A stretch of 64,000 nucleotides of DNA, from the NCBI GenBank assembly GCA_963729625.1, contig CAVSOU010000010.1, forward strand, positions 1,248,001-1,312,000, given 5' to 3'. The notes beneath the pieces were generated by a model, which was not told where the DNA came from, made no database searches, and was given only the letters and a program-made list of their open reading frames with translations. This stretch comes from an uncultured bacterium (GTDB taxonomy: Bacteria > Chloroflexota > UBA5177 > JANWHV01). The position numbers were made by a program, and so were the translations under genes. The stretch's first letter is position 1. Each line of letters begins with the position of its first letter. This document shows positions 21,787 through 32,212 of the stretch, piece by piece.

Positions 21787-21863
21787 TCCGGTTTAAACCG
21801 GATGGCAGAGACGACGGGCCCGATACATCCGGCTGCGACGGACTTGAGCGCACCCGGATGTAT
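21787..21863. terminator. Perfect 16-bp palindrome and adjacent stem-loop between convergent genes
   Basis: TCCGGTTTAAACCGGA (21787-21802) and ATACATCCGG...CCGGATGTAT (21823-21863). Function is inferred from position only. Confidence 0.35.
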
Positions 21864-22002
21864 TCGGCGTGGCTCCAGCCTTCCGCTTTCACGTGGCGAA
21901 ACCACTCATTCCAATGCCGAAACCTGCGCTTGAAAGGGCGCCCTCCCCGGGGACGTTGCTCCCCATGCATGGGAGGGCGATGCAAGGTGGCGTGGCGCGC
22001 GC

Positions 22003-22518
22003 TCAGCTTGCCGGTGCCGGAGCAGGGGCCGCTGCTTTGCGTGCGCCGACCTCCTTCTGCAGCAGGAACATCGCGGTCGGGTTGTCCCCAATCATCTTCA
22101 GCGCCTCCACGATCTGCGTAGCGTTCTTCTCCTCCTCCACCTGCTCGCTCACAAACCACTGCAGCAGGATCTGCGCCGGATAATCCTCTTCCCGCAGCGC
22201 CAGCGCATAGATCCCGTTGACGGAAGCCGTCACCGCCTGTTCATGCTGCAGGGCCTGGCTGAAGGCGTCGAGCGGCGAGGAGAAATCGCGCCCGGGCTGG
22301 TCCAGTACCAGCAGCTCGGGGCGGCTGCCGCGGTCGAGCAGGAAGTCGAAGATGCGCATGGCGTGGCCCACTTCCTCCTGACTCTGTAGCCGCAGCCACC
22401 GCGCAAAACCCGCCAGACCGGTCGACTCGCAGTACCCCGAGGCCGATAGGTAGAAATAGGCTGACGCCAGCTCCATGCTGATCTGCCGGTTGAGTGCGGT
22501 CCTGACGGCTTCCTTCAT
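22003..22518 (-). CDS. ftnA: Non-heme ferritin, copy 1
   Basis: 'ELASAYFY', 'QSQEEVGHAM', 'HEQAVT', 'LQWFVSEQVEEE' form the ferroxidase centre; GAGGGG RBS. Confidence 0.93.
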   Translation of the reverse strand: MKEAVRTALNRQISMELASAYFYLSASGYCESTGLAGFARWLRLQSQEEVGHAMRIFDFLLDRGSRPELLVLDQPGRDFSSPLDAFSQALQHEQAVTASVNGIYALALREEDYPAQILLQWFVSEQVEEEKNATQIVEALKMIGDNPTAMFLLQKEVGARKAAAPAPAPAS

Positions 22519-22599
22519 GACACGCTTCCCCTCTCAATTGAGCGGACTACCGAATCTTGTGGACGCGAGATGAGCGGAAGACTAGCCCGCGACCTGCCC

Positions 22600-23130
22600 T
22601 CCCGACCCTATCAGCCCGCTGCTCGCGCCTGCTTTATGGTAGAACGTCTGCGACGTGCACGCCAGGGGCACGCTGCGCCAGGGCCAGGGCACGCCGGAGA
22701 TCGCGTACGGCATCCGGCAACTTGCCCACGTCCGCGAGCGCTTGTCCGCGTGTCTGCTAACCCGCCGGCTGGTATTTGAGCCGACCCCGTCGACGACTTT
22801 GGCCCACCGATTCAGTCGCACGCCCGATTGCGTCGCCCCATCGGCCGCGGGCAAGAGGAATCTCGGCGCGCACCTGAGTGAGGCGGATCTGCCGTAGCCA
22901 ACCGTGCCATCGTGCGGTGGCGCCGCCACCTCGGTCACCTCATCCAGCGGTTGCTCAGCCGGACCAATCTCCCGGCGTCTCGTCTACCGCCTTGGCCACT
23001 ATATCGGTTTGACGAACAGCCGACTGGAGCGGGCAGCGCATGCTCTCAAGAACGGCGGTTCCGTTGGGGTAGCAGTGGGCATGGCTACGCCAGGACTGCG
23101 AGCCGTCACACTTACCGCTTGCTCGGCCAG
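22600..23130 (-). pseudogene. Degenerate C-terminal TPR-like remnant of a large ATPase regulator (inside the repeat)
   Basis: 'WHGWL.QIRLTQVRAEI.LARGRWGDAIGRA.ES..QSRRRGRLKYQ' is helical-repeat-like, broken by frameshifts, and present in both repeat copies. Confidence 0.45.
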
Positions 23131-23135
23131 GTTGA

Positions 23136-24608
23136 TTAAGAGTTCAGAAGTAGGTGAAGCGGAAATCGAGCCAGAGGTGTAGCGCATTACGTCGCGGCCC
23201 GGTAGGGTCAAGGAATGACACTCGACGCTGCCTTGGCCCTGATTGCGGAACTGCAGACCCAGAATGCGCTGCTGCGGCAGCAGGTGGCGCAGTTGCGAGC
23301 GGAAAACGCGGCCCTGCGGGCGCGTGTGGCGGTCTTCGAGCAGCGGATCGCCGAACTGGAGGCAGAGAAGCGACCACCGCCGCCCTGGGCCAAGGCCAAC
23401 CGGGTCAAGCGCGTGAAAGCGGACGGCGAACAGCGGCGGCAGCGGGCGCCGGAGCAGAACCATGGGCGACCGCGCGGCACGCCAACCCAGACGGTGCAGC
23501 ATGCCTACGCGCACTGTCCGGACTGCGGCTACCGGCTGCGCGGGCAGGCGGTGCGGCGGCGGCGGGAGGTGCTCGAGCTGCCCGCCACACCGGTGAGCGT
23601 GGTCGAGCATCAGATCCTCAGGCGGTACTGCCCGGCCTGCCGCGCCTACAAGACGCCGTAGGTCTCGTTTGCCGGCGTCGTGCTGGGCCAGAGCCGGATT
23701 GGCGTGCGCCTGGCCAGCCTGATCGGCACCCTGCGCAGCAGCGGTCGGCTGCCCGTGGCGCAGATCCAGCGGCTGCTGGCCCAGGTGTATGGGCTGCAGC
23801 TCTCGCGCGGCGGTGTGCAGGACATCTTGTCTCGGCTGCGCGCGGCGCTGGCGCCGGTGGCGAGGGCGATCCGCGCGCAGACGCGGGCCAGTCCGGCCCA
23901 GCACATGGACGAGACGGGCTGGCGCCAGGATGGCCAGAACGGCTACCTGTGGGTGCAAGCGACGGATGGGCCCACGGCCGCCCGGCTGTACACCTTCCAC
24001 CCCAGCCGTGCCGGCCAGGTGGCGCGAGACCTGCTCGGTGACTTTACCGGCGTGCTAACCACAGACTTCTACGTCGCCTACGACCAGTATGCCGGGCCCA
24101 AACAGCGCTGTTGGACGCATCTCCTTCGGGACGCGCACAAACTGGGCGAAGACTATCCGGACCGGCCAGACGTCCAAGACTGGGTAGGGACGCTCAAAAC
24201 GCTCTTTACTCAGGCCCGCGCCCTCGACCTGGCGGGCTGCACCGCGCGTGAGCGGGCCCGTGTGGCCCGGAATCTGGAGCGACGCACCCGGCTGCTCGCC
24301 CGCTGCTACCGCGAGACCGACGGCCACCCAGCACACGTCCTCGCCACCCGCTTGCACCGCTACGAGAGCGAGCTGTTCGAGTTCATCCGCACGCCGGGCG
24401 TCAGCCCCACCAACAACCTGGCCGAGCGCGCCGTCCGGCCCCAGGTGATCGCGCGCAAAATCAGCGGTGGCTCGCGCAGCCCGGCCGGCTCGGCCATCCG
24501 CTGCGATCTGGCCACCGTCTTCCACACCTGGACGGCCCGCAACCTCAATTCCTTCGCCGCCTGCCTTGAGACGCTCCAGACTCCTTTACCTCAAGTCTGA
24601 ACTCTTAC
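23136..24608 (+). mobile_element. IS66-family element (single-transposase, ISBst12-group-like), ~1.47 kb
   Basis: Ends (T)TAAGAGTTCAG / CTGAACTCTTAC are inverted repeats of the IS66 GTAA type. No flanking target duplication is visible. Confidence 0.85.
23215..24600 (+). pseudogene. IS66 transposase interrupted by one in-frame TAG at 23659-23661
   Basis: Coiled coil, zinc finger 'CPDCG...CPAC', 'HMDETGW', 'TDFYVAY', 'QRCWTHLLRD', 'TNNLAERAVRP.VI.RKISGG'. The two ORFs share a frame. Confidence 0.9.
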
Positions 24609-24865
24609 TCCAGTACCTCGTCGTCGCTGACGCCGGTGTACGCTTGCAGGATGGTTGCCAGTGCCACCTGGGCTGGCGGCACGGGGGGATGACTGACCGT
24701 GCTCGCCGCGTACATCGTCGCCAGCTCCGTTTGGAACGCCGCGTCAAACAGCACGTGCCGCTGCTCCCGCAGCCAGATGAACAGGGTCGCGCGCTTGATC
24801 CGCCGCATGATCGCAGCTTCGTCGGATGACAGGTCGACCGGGGGCTGCCAGATGGTTGGGCGCAT
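24605..24865 (-). pseudogene. N-terminal remnant of an IS1182/IS5-like transposase truncated by the IS66 element
   Basis: 'LFDAAFQTELATMY...PPVPPAQVALATILQAYTGVSDDEVLE' (DUF772-like) ends exactly at the IS66 right end. Confidence 0.75.
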
Positions 24866-25223
24866 GGGGAAGTCCTCTCTGAGTCATCTTGGGCCTGGAT
24901 GGGGTGCTTCCCAGCAAACCACGTCGTTGCCTAGCGATCAAGCAACCTCAGCGCTATTAGCTAGCCGACGCTCTAGAGCTCCGGGATGTGGCGATACGGA
25001 TAGCGGAACTAGCGGCAACAGTGCACACATGTAGCCCATACAGCTGGCAGGGCACGGGTGCCTGTACCCGGTCAATCCGCGGTATCTTCACTTGTGGCAT
25101 GAGTTGCGCCGCTACATCCGTCACGCCAATCCGGCGCGACTGCCTGCTGGGCGCCTATTGCCCCAAAGGGCGAGAACGAGGGCGAGGGACGCAACGCCGG
25201 ACGAGCAAGGGAAGGTTGTACCT

Positions 25224-27584
25224 GTGGAGGGACAGTCGTTCAGTGCGTTGTTGCGCCGCTATCGCCTAGCCGCTGGAATCTCACAGGAGACGCTGGCCGA
25301 GCGTGCGGGCATCTCGCTCCAAGCGGTCAGCGCGATTGAGCGCGGCGTTCGCCGCGCGGCCCGGCGGGAGACAGTGGCGGCCATGGCCCGCGGGCTAGCG
25401 TTGAACGCGGAGGAATCCGGGGCGCTCGACGCCACAGTCCGTCGCCATCGACGTCCGCGTCCTGCGCTCGCCATGCCGCACGGCCTACCGCTCACTGCCA
25501 ACCCGCTGATCGGGCGCGAAGCCGACGCGTCGGTGCTGGCATACCTGCTCCGCCGGCCGCACGTGCGGCTGCTGACAATTGTCGGCCCGGGCGGCGTGGG
25601 CAAGACGTGCCTTGCTCTGCGAGCGGCGATCGATGTCGTCGGCTCTTTCGCCGACGGCGCAGTCTGGGTAGACCTCAGCTCGGTGCGCGACCCGGAACTG
25701 GTGACAGCGACGATCGCCGCGCGGCTGGAGATCCGCCAGCGCGGGCCGGAACCGCTCGCCGATCTGCTTGTGGCTCACCTCCGATCGCGGATACTGCTGT
25801 TGGTGCTGGACAACATCGAACAATTGCTGCCGTCGAGTGTTCTGCTCCAGCGGCTGCTGGATGACTGCCCGGGATTGCGTATTCTGGCAACCAGCCGCGT
25901 TCCGCCTCGAGTACGGAGCGCACAGGACTATGCATTGGCCCCCCTGGCCTTGCCACCACCCGATTTGCAGGACCCCGCGGTGATTGGCACGTATGCGGCA
26001 GTGGAGCTATTCCTCGTGCGCGCCCGTGAAGTCGTTCCGAGGCTCACACTGAACCCTGTCACGGCACCGATCCTCGCCGAGCTGTGCCGGAGGCTGGATG
26101 GGCTCCCACTGGCGATCGAGCTGGCGGCGGCCCTGGTCCGGCAACTGCCGCCGCAGGCCATGCTCGATCGCCTGTGCGAGCATGCCCCCTTCTCCAGCGG
26201 TGCGCTTCATCTGCTGGGCGGAGGCGCCTGGGACCGACCCGAGCGGCAGCAGACAATGCACGCGGCGATCTCCTGGAGCCACGAACTGCTCGAACCGGAG
26301 GAGCAGACACTGTTCCGGCAACTGGCCGTGTTTGCCGGCGGCTGGACCGCCGCGGCCGCCGAGGCCGTGGTGCAAGCATCTGACGAGATCATTGGCGACG
26401 TGCCCTGCATCCTGGGTGTATTGGTGCAGAAGCACCTGGCACGCCGCGAAGGCCAGGCGGGAGGGTCGGCGCGCTTTTCGATGCTCGAGACAACTCGCGA
26501 GTACGCGGTAGAGCAGCTCGAGCGCCGCGGTGAGGAGGCCGCGGCTGCGCGGGCCAGGCACGCAGCCTACTATCTGGATCTGGCTGAGCGGGCAGAACCA
26601 GAGCTGACCAGTGCGGACCAGGCGCTCTGGCTGATCCGGCTTGAGGCGGAGCACGACAACCTGCGCGCGGCACTGAATTGGGCGACGCGGCACGGTGACC
26701 CGGAAATAGGCCTGCAGCTTGCGGCGGCGCTGTGGCGATTCTGGTATACGCGTGGCTACCTGGCAGAAGGCCGTCGCTGGCTGAGTGCGGCACTGGCGCA
26801 TGCACCCGTGGGTGCACCCGGCAAGGCACTGGCGCGGGCGCAGGCGCTGTTTGCCGCCGGCGTGCTCGCCTCCGAGCAAGGCGCGGACGACCAGGCTCAG
26901 GCCGCCAGCGAAGAGAGCCTGGCGCTGTTCCGCGCGGCAGGATACCTTCGAGGGCAGGCAGGGGTGCTGAATACACTCGGCGTGATCGCGCGTAACCGCG
27001 GCAACTATACGCGCGCCGAGGCACTGTACAAGGACGTGCTGGCAATTGACAGGGAGCTCGACGATCGGCGAGGTGTGGGCGCCGCGCTGCACAATCTCGG
27101 CATCGCGGTCGCGCAGCAGGGCCAGGTTGAGCGCGCGCTGGCCCTGTTCGCCGAGAGCCTGACCCTGCGGCGTGAGACCGGCAACCGGTGGGGAACCGCC
27201 AACACGCTGCTTAGCATTGGTGCCGCGTGCGTGCGGGCCGGTCACCAGGAGCTGGCGTACGCGGCGCTGAGGGAGAGTGTGGAGGTTTTTCGGGTGCTTG
27301 GCGATCGCGACGGAATAGCCGGCTGTCTGGAGGAGCTGGGCGCGCTAGCCGCGACCGAATTGCAGCCCGAACGCGCCGCGTGCCTGCTCGCGGCAACGGC
27401 CCAGATGCGCGCAGCGATCGGGGCACCGCTCCCCCCAGACGACCAGGAGCATACCAACCGGATCATCACCTCCCTTCTGGCGACGCTGGGGCGTGAAGCA
27501 TTCGAGACGGCCTGGGCCACTGGGCAATCGCTGGGCATTGAGGAAACCATCAGCATGGCGTTGCAGCATGAGACCGCCGGCTGA
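25224..27584 (+). CDS. XRE HTH + STAND (NB-ARC-like) ATPase + TPR regulator, paralogue 1
   Basis: '[24 protein letters not shown]', Walker A 'GPGGVGKT', 'LLVLDNIE', '[13 protein letters not shown]', then TPRs. GTG start is inferred. Confidence 0.9.
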   Translation: MEGQSFSALLRRYRLAAGISQETLAERAGISLQAVSAIERGVRRAARRETVAAMARGLALNAEESGALDATVRRHRRPRPALAMPHGLPLTANPLIGREADASVLAYLLRRPHVRLLTIVGPGGVGKTCLALRAAIDVVGSFADGAVWVDLSSVRDPELVTATIAARLEIRQRGPEPLADLLVAHLRSRILLLVLDNIEQLLPSSVLLQRLLDDCPGLRILATSRVPPRVRSAQDYALAPLALPPPDLQDPAVIGTYAAVELFLVRAREVVPRLTLNPVTAPILAELCRRLDGLPLAIELAAALVRQLPPQAMLDRLCEHAPFSSGALHLLGGGAWDRPERQQTMHAAISWSHELLEPEEQTLFRQLAVFAGGWTAAAAEAVVQASDEIIGDVPCILGVLVQKHLARREGQAGGSARFSMLETTREYAVEQLERRGEEAAAARARHAAYYLDLAERAEPELTSADQALWLIRLEAEHDNLRAALNWATRHGDPEIGLQLAAALWRFWYTRGYLAEGRRWLSAALAHAPVGAPGKALARAQALFAAGVLASEQGADDQAQAASEESLALFRAAGYLRGQAGVLNTLGVIARNRGNYTRAEALYKDVLAIDRELDDRRGVGAALHNLGIAVAQQGQVERALALFAESLTLRRETGNRWGTANTLLSIGAACVRAGHQELAYAALRESVEVFRVLGDRDGIAGCLEELGALAATELQPERAACLLAATAQMRAAIGAPLPPDDQEHTNRIITSLLATLGREAFETAWATGQSLGIEETISMALQHETAG

Positions 27585-27877
27585 GACGCTGCCGTCAGCT
27601 CGCCACGTGCTTCCCGCTCTATTCTGCCTCCTGGCAGCTGCTGTCGACACCTAAAGGGCTGTGCTCACAAGTCCGCAAACGATGCCGGTGCTCACGGGTT
27701 CCGGTATGTGGCCACAAGTACGCAGTGGACGCAGGTCCTGTCCGGCTCACCAAGCACGCGCACACCGCTTCGCCCACGCCTCGCTGGGCCTGTACAATTG
27801 GAATAGCGGCCACCTGGAAACCCCGGGGACAGATGGAGCGTCCCCGTGTCTGGGCTGGTCGAGGAGAGGTCGATCTG

Positions 27878-30343
27878 GTGGAGGAGCGCCCGTTCAGTGC
27901 CATGCTACGGGACCTTCGCCGCGCGGCCGGCCTGTCGCAAGAGGCGCTTGCCGAGCGCGCCGCTCTCTCACCGCAGGCCGTTGGCGCCCTGGAGGCCGGC
28001 CGTCGCCGTATCCCCCGCCGGGAGACGGTCGAGGCACTGGCCGGCGCGTTGGCGCTGGATGAGAAGCGGGCTGGCGCGCTGGCTACGGCGGTCCGGCGTG
28101 CGCCGGTCGCGCGCCTACCAGACGAATCGCACCACGAGCTGCCGCCGGCCACCACGCCGCTGATAGGGCGCGAGAATGAGCTACGACAGCTGGTCACGCG
28201 GCTCGGCCATCCCACTGTACGCCTGCTATCCCTGGTGGGACCAGGCGGCGTGGGCAAGACTTGCCTTGCGCTGCAGGTCGCCATCACCACGTCCGCCTTC
28301 CGCGACGGCGCTGCCTGGGTGGATCTCAGTCCGGTACGCGACGTTGACCTGGTGGCCGCGACGATCGCCGCACGACTGGAGGTTCACGCAGCCGGGCTAA
28401 CACCGCTTCCCGATCTGCTGGCCGCGCACTTGGCGGAGCGGCGGTTGCTTCTGGTGCTGGACAATCTTGAGCAGGTTCTTTTGGCGCGAGGGCTAGTACA
28501 ACAACTCCTCGACGCCTGTCCCGGCTTGAAAGTCCTGGCCACCAGCCGGGTGCCGTTGGGCCTGCCGGGCGAGCACGTCCACGCGGTGGCGCCACTGCCC
28601 GTGCCGGCAGCGGGGCAGCAGGATCCCGAGACGATCGCGGGACACGCGGCGGTGGCCCTCTTTGTGGAGCGCGCGCGCGAGGTGGCGCCGCGGCTGGCGA
28701 TGACTGATACCGATACCGTTGCGGTCGCGGCCATTTGCCGGCGTCTGGACGGCCTGCCGCTGGCGATCGAGCTGGCGGCGGCGCTGGTCAAGGTGCTGCC
28801 GCCCCAGGCTATGCTGGCCCGGCTGATCGCGAGCACGCACACGCAGAGTGGAGCGCTGGATCTGCTGACGGCTGGCGCCTGGGACCGACCCGATCGCCAG
28901 CAAACCATGCGCGATACGATTGACTGGAGCTATGATCTGCTCTCACCTGAGGAGCAAGCGTTGTTCCGCCGCCTTGCCGTGTTCGCGAGCGGCTGCACTC
29001 TTCCGGCTGCCGAGGCGGTGTGTGCCGCGCCCAGGGAGAACCTGGACGTGCTGGAGGGCCTGGCTTCGCTGCTGGACAAGAACCTGCTGGTGCAGCTGGA
29101 GGGTGCGGATACTGCGCCGCGCGTCGGCATGTTGGAGACGATCCGGGACTATGCAGCGGAGAGGCTGGCCCTCAGCGGCGAGCGGCCACGGATTCAGGAA
29201 CGCCATGCCGCCGAGATCCTCGCGATCGTCCTAGAAGCCGAGCCTGAGCTGGGGGGACCACGACAGACCATATGGCTCCAGCGCATTGACGCGGAACTGG
29301 ATAATGTGCGCGCAGTGCTACTCCGGTCTGTCGAGGGCGAGGATACTGCTACCGGACTGCGGCTGTCATCGGCGCTACTGAATTACTGGACGATCCGTGG
29401 TCACTTCGCAGAGGGGCGAAAATGGGTAGATCGGCTGCTAGCTCACCCAGAGACCAACGCAAGCGAGCCCGCCTCTCAGGCCCGCGCGCGCGCACAGCAT
29501 GTCGCGGGGAGGCTCGCCTACCTGCAAGGTGACAACCCGCGGGCACTGGCCATGTTCGAGGAGAGCCTGGCGCTCAGCCGCCTGCTCAAGGACAGCGACG
29601 GCGTGCTGTCTGGGCTCAACGACATCGGAGGCGCCGTGTTCCGCCTGGGCGACTATGCGCGCGCCGCGGCCCTCTATGAGGAGGCGATGGCGATGCGGCG
29701 CGATCGCGGCGAGACGCGACTGGTCGCGCAACTGCTGAATAACCTCGCGACCAGTGCCTTCGCGCAGGGCGAATTCGCGCATGGGATCGAGCTGAGCGAG
29801 GAGAGCCTTGGCCTGCTGCGTGCGCTCGACGATCGATACAGCATTGCCGTGGCGCTGACAAACCTAGGCCAGGCCTCGCTGGAGATGGGCGATGTTCATG
29901 GGGCGGTCAGGGCCTGCGACGAGGGTCTGCCGCTGGCGCGCGAACTCCAGGCGAGCGATGCGATCGCCAGATTCCTCTCGCTCGGCGGCAGCATCTCTCG
30001 CCAGAGCGGAGACTTCGGCCGAGCGCGCCGCCAGCTTGCCGAGGCACTGGCACTGTACCGGGACCTGGGTGCAAGGGACGAGCTGTGGCGGACGCTCGAG
30101 GAGCTCGCCATGGTGGCGCTCGGCGACCGCCAGTTTGAGCGGAGTGCGCTTCTGCTTGCCGCTGCCTCCGCGTGTTATGAGGTTGCCGGCACTGTGCGCT
30201 CACCTGTCGAGCAGGCCACGTACGACCACTGCGCGACCGCCGCGTCGGCGGCTCTGGGCATCCACGTGTTCCAGGCCGCCTGGACGCGGGGACATGCGTT
30301 GTCGCTGGAAGACGCAGTCGCGCTCGGTGGCGAGGCACCCTGA
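27878..30343 (+). CDS. XRE HTH + STAND ATPase + TPR regulator, paralogue 2
   Basis: Same architecture ('GLSQEALAERA', 'GPGGVGKT', 'LVLDNLE', '[11 protein letters not shown]') with more TPRs; GAGGAGAGG RBS before the GTG. Confidence 0.9.
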   Translation: MEERPFSAMLRDLRRAAGLSQEALAERAALSPQAVGALEAGRRRIPRRETVEALAGALALDEKRAGALATAVRRAPVARLPDESHHELPPATTPLIGRENELRQLVTRLGHPTVRLLSLVGPGGVGKTCLALQVAITTSAFRDGAAWVDLSPVRDVDLVAATIAARLEVHAAGLTPLPDLLAAHLAERRLLLVLDNLEQVLLARGLVQQLLDACPGLKVLATSRVPLGLPGEHVHAVAPLPVPAAGQQDPETIAGHAAVALFVERAREVAPRLAMTDTDTVAVAAICRRLDGLPLAIELAAALVKVLPPQAMLARLIASTHTQSGALDLLTAGAWDRPDRQQTMRDTIDWSYDLLSPEEQALFRRLAVFASGCTLPAAEAVCAAPRENLDVLEGLASLLDKNLLVQLEGADTAPRVGMLETIRDYAAERLALSGERPRIQERHAAEILAIVLEAEPELGGPRQTIWLQRIDAELDNVRAVLLRSVEGEDTATGLRLSSALLNYWTIRGHFAEGRKWVDRLLAHPETNASEPASQARARAQHVAGRLAYLQGDNPRALAMFEESLALSRLLKDSDGVLSGLNDIGGAVFRLGDYARAAALYEEAMAMRRDRGETRLVAQLLNNLATSAFAQGEFAHGIELSEESLGLLRALDDRYSIAVALTNLGQASLEMGDVHGAVRACDEGLPLARELQASDAIARFLSLGGSISRQSGDFGRARRQLAEALALYRDLGARDELWRTLEELAMVALGDRQFERSALLLAAASACYEVAGTVRSPVEQATYDHCATAASAALGIHVFQAAWTRGHALSLEDAVALGGEAP

Positions 30344-30552
30344 CGAGCACGGCTCGGACGTGTGCTGAAATCCAGCCCATAACAAGTTTTGTATGGTTTT
30401 ATTGTGCGGCTCATTGTCGCTGGTCCCGCGAACGTCCAGGGCAAATACTGGTGGTAGGGGATCCAGTGACGCGGTGCGCGCCTTCTGACGCCGGCATCTG
30501 GATGTGAGCCCCGATACGGCAGGTTGGCCGTCAGCGAAGGAGACGAGGGACC

Positions 30553-31143
30553 ATGGACGAGTACATCTCGCACACGCATGAGCAGGTAGGACCCCGGCGG
30601 GACACGAGCCGGCGAGGTGGACGGCGTCTGGCAACGCGCGTGCTGGCGAGTGCAGCGCTCCTGGGTGCGATCATTGCCGGCCTGGGAAGCCTGGGTGGCG
30701 GGGCCGGGCGGGCGCCGAGCGTCGCGTACGCCAACGCGCTCGTGCCCACCGTCGGAGGACTCTTGATCCAGCCCGTCCCGGTCGGCGTCGATGCCTTGGG
30801 AACCAACTTTCCACCGGGCGGCTTGGTGCACGTGGACTTGGTTGTTTCCCAATTGCCATCCCCCATCGGGACGCCCGCACCGGGCAACACGCCCATAACG
30901 GTTGGCACCGGGCCGCAGATTATCGCGTCGGTAGACACCACGGCCAGCTTCGCGCGCAACATTCCGATCGGCAACGGCCGCTTCTTCCACGTAAACGGTG
31001 GCACCTTCGACGTTACCCTGACCTCGCCGTCACCCTTTTGCGGAACGAACTCACAAATATCCTACAGCCTGGTTGCAACCTACGTAGCAACTGGCGCTGT
31101 CTACACCAGTCCCTCGATAGAGATGGGACCTGCCTGCAACTAA
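30553..31143 (+). CDS. Hypothetical exported protein with a small beta-rich domain
   Basis: Basic N-region, hydrophobic stretch and 'AYANA' cleavage-like site; beta-strand pattern; two Cys. Confidence 0.7.
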   Translation: MDEYISHTHEQVGPRRDTSRRGGRRLATRVLASAALLGAIIAGLGSLGGGAGRAPSVAYANALVPTVGGLLIQPVPVGVDALGTNFPPGGLVHVDLVVSQLPSPIGTPAPGNTPITVGTGPQIIASVDTTASFARNIPIGNGRFFHVNGGTFDVTLTSPSPFCGTNSQISYSLVATYVATGAVYTSPSIEMGPACN

Positions 31144-31218
31144 CCGTGCCAGAAGAGCGCGGCGGTAGGCACATACCGGTGGCCTCAGGGCGCAATGCTA
31201 AGAACAGGGAGCAATGAC

Positions 31219-32142
31219 ATGGTCGACGATCGCATCACACACCTCGAGCGTAGTGTGGCACAGTTGGAAGGAGCGTTGAGCAGTGCGCACCGCCGCATAG
31301 CTGCGCTCGAGGACGGGCCGGGCCGCACCCGGCGTGCTGCATGGAGCGCACGGGCTTCGTGGCTCATTGGCGGCTTCGCCCTGGCCGCTGTTGCGACGCT
31401 CGGACTGAGCACGGCCTCCGCGACGACCACGCCGCAACCACTCACCGTCAGCCAGCTCCGCGTGGTCGATGGGACCGGCGCGGTGCATGTGCTACTCGAT
31501 GCGCGCGGGCTTCAGGTATATGATCCCCGTGGGCAAAAGGTCGAGGCTGCCATGGTGGCGGAGCCGCGACTCGGCGGGCAAGTCGCTACATATGATTTGA
31601 AAGGGAACAAGTCCTCAACGCTGGGAACGGATCAGAACGGCCTGCCCGCGGTCCAGGTCTGGTCGCCGAAGCAGCTGCAGCCTCAGGCCGGCTTGCTCGT
31701 GAGCGCTGCTGGGTCAGGACGCGTGCAGGCGAGCGGCGAGCTGGAGATTGACGGTCCCCAGGACTCTCTGGCCCGGCTCGGTGCGGATGGCAACAACCTG
31801 TCGCTGCGCTTCTATCAACCGGATGAAGACTCGTATGACGTGCTGGCCAGCATCGGCGAAAGTCCGACAGCCAGCCCCACAAGCGGCGGCCTGGTCACGG
31901 TCAGTCGTGTGAAAGGTATCCCGCAAGTGTTGCTCACAGGGGGCGACCCAGGCGGGACGGTGCAGACATTCGATGCCAGCGGAAACAAGGCGGTGGTCCT
32001 GGCGGGCCCGCCCAGCGGTGGTCAGCTCAGTCTCAGCAATCCCGCCGGGACCGACCGGGTAGTGGCCGGTGTCAACACCAATGACCTGGGATTCGTGCGA
32101 GCCGATGGACCGACAGGCTTCAACATCATCACAGGAAAGTAA
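31219..32142 (+). CDS. Hypothetical coiled-coil + TM/signal + Gly/Asp beta-repeat protein A
   Basis: Heptad 'RITHLERSVAQLEGALSSAHRRIAALE', hydrophobic segment, repeats such as 'LRVVDGTG', 'LQVYDPRG', 'VATYDLKG', 'VQTFDASG', 'LSLSNPAG'. Confidence 0.75.
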   Translation: MVDDRITHLERSVAQLEGALSSAHRRIAALEDGPGRTRRAAWSARASWLIGGFALAAVATLGLSTASATTTPQPLTVSQLRVVDGTGAVHVLLDARGLQVYDPRGQKVEAAMVAEPRLGGQVATYDLKGNKSSTLGTDQNGLPAVQVWSPKQLQPQAGLLVSAAGSGRVQASGELEIDGPQDSLARLGADGNNLSLRFYQPDEDSYDVLASIGESPTASPTSGGLVTVSRVKGIPQVLLTGGDPGGTVQTFDASGNKAVVLAGPPSGGQLSLSNPAGTDRVVAGVNTNDLGFVRADGPTGFNIITGK

Positions 32143-32212
32143 GAGCGGTCCGCTTCACCACCGATCGCCCCCCGTTGAGAGAACGACCAGCACACGGAAG
32201 GAAAGCAAGGAC

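Larger units (their letters stand above)
21946..23136. repeat. Long direct repeat, copy 1 (ferritin plus upstream TPR remnant)
   Basis: 21946-22930 matches 46014-46998 almost base for base (offset 24068). About 23067-23136 matches about 47000-47069. Copy 1 has 135 bp more between the two blocks. Confidence 0.95.

Noticed and set aside
22003-22518. Ferritin C-terminal tail (KAAAPAPAPAS) as an encapsulin targeting peptide
   Set aside because: It lacks the LxIGSL-type consensus and no encapsulin gene is present in the window.
23659-23661. Pyrrolysine recoding of the TAG in the transposase
   Set aside because: No pyl genes are present in the window and it is a single event in a mobile gene. A nonsense mutation is the simpler explanation.
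25224-30343. STAND proteins as Avs anti-phage defence
   Set aside because: The N-terminal domain is an XRE HTH rather than a nuclease, TIR, SIR2 or protease effector. The architecture matches common transcriptional regulators.
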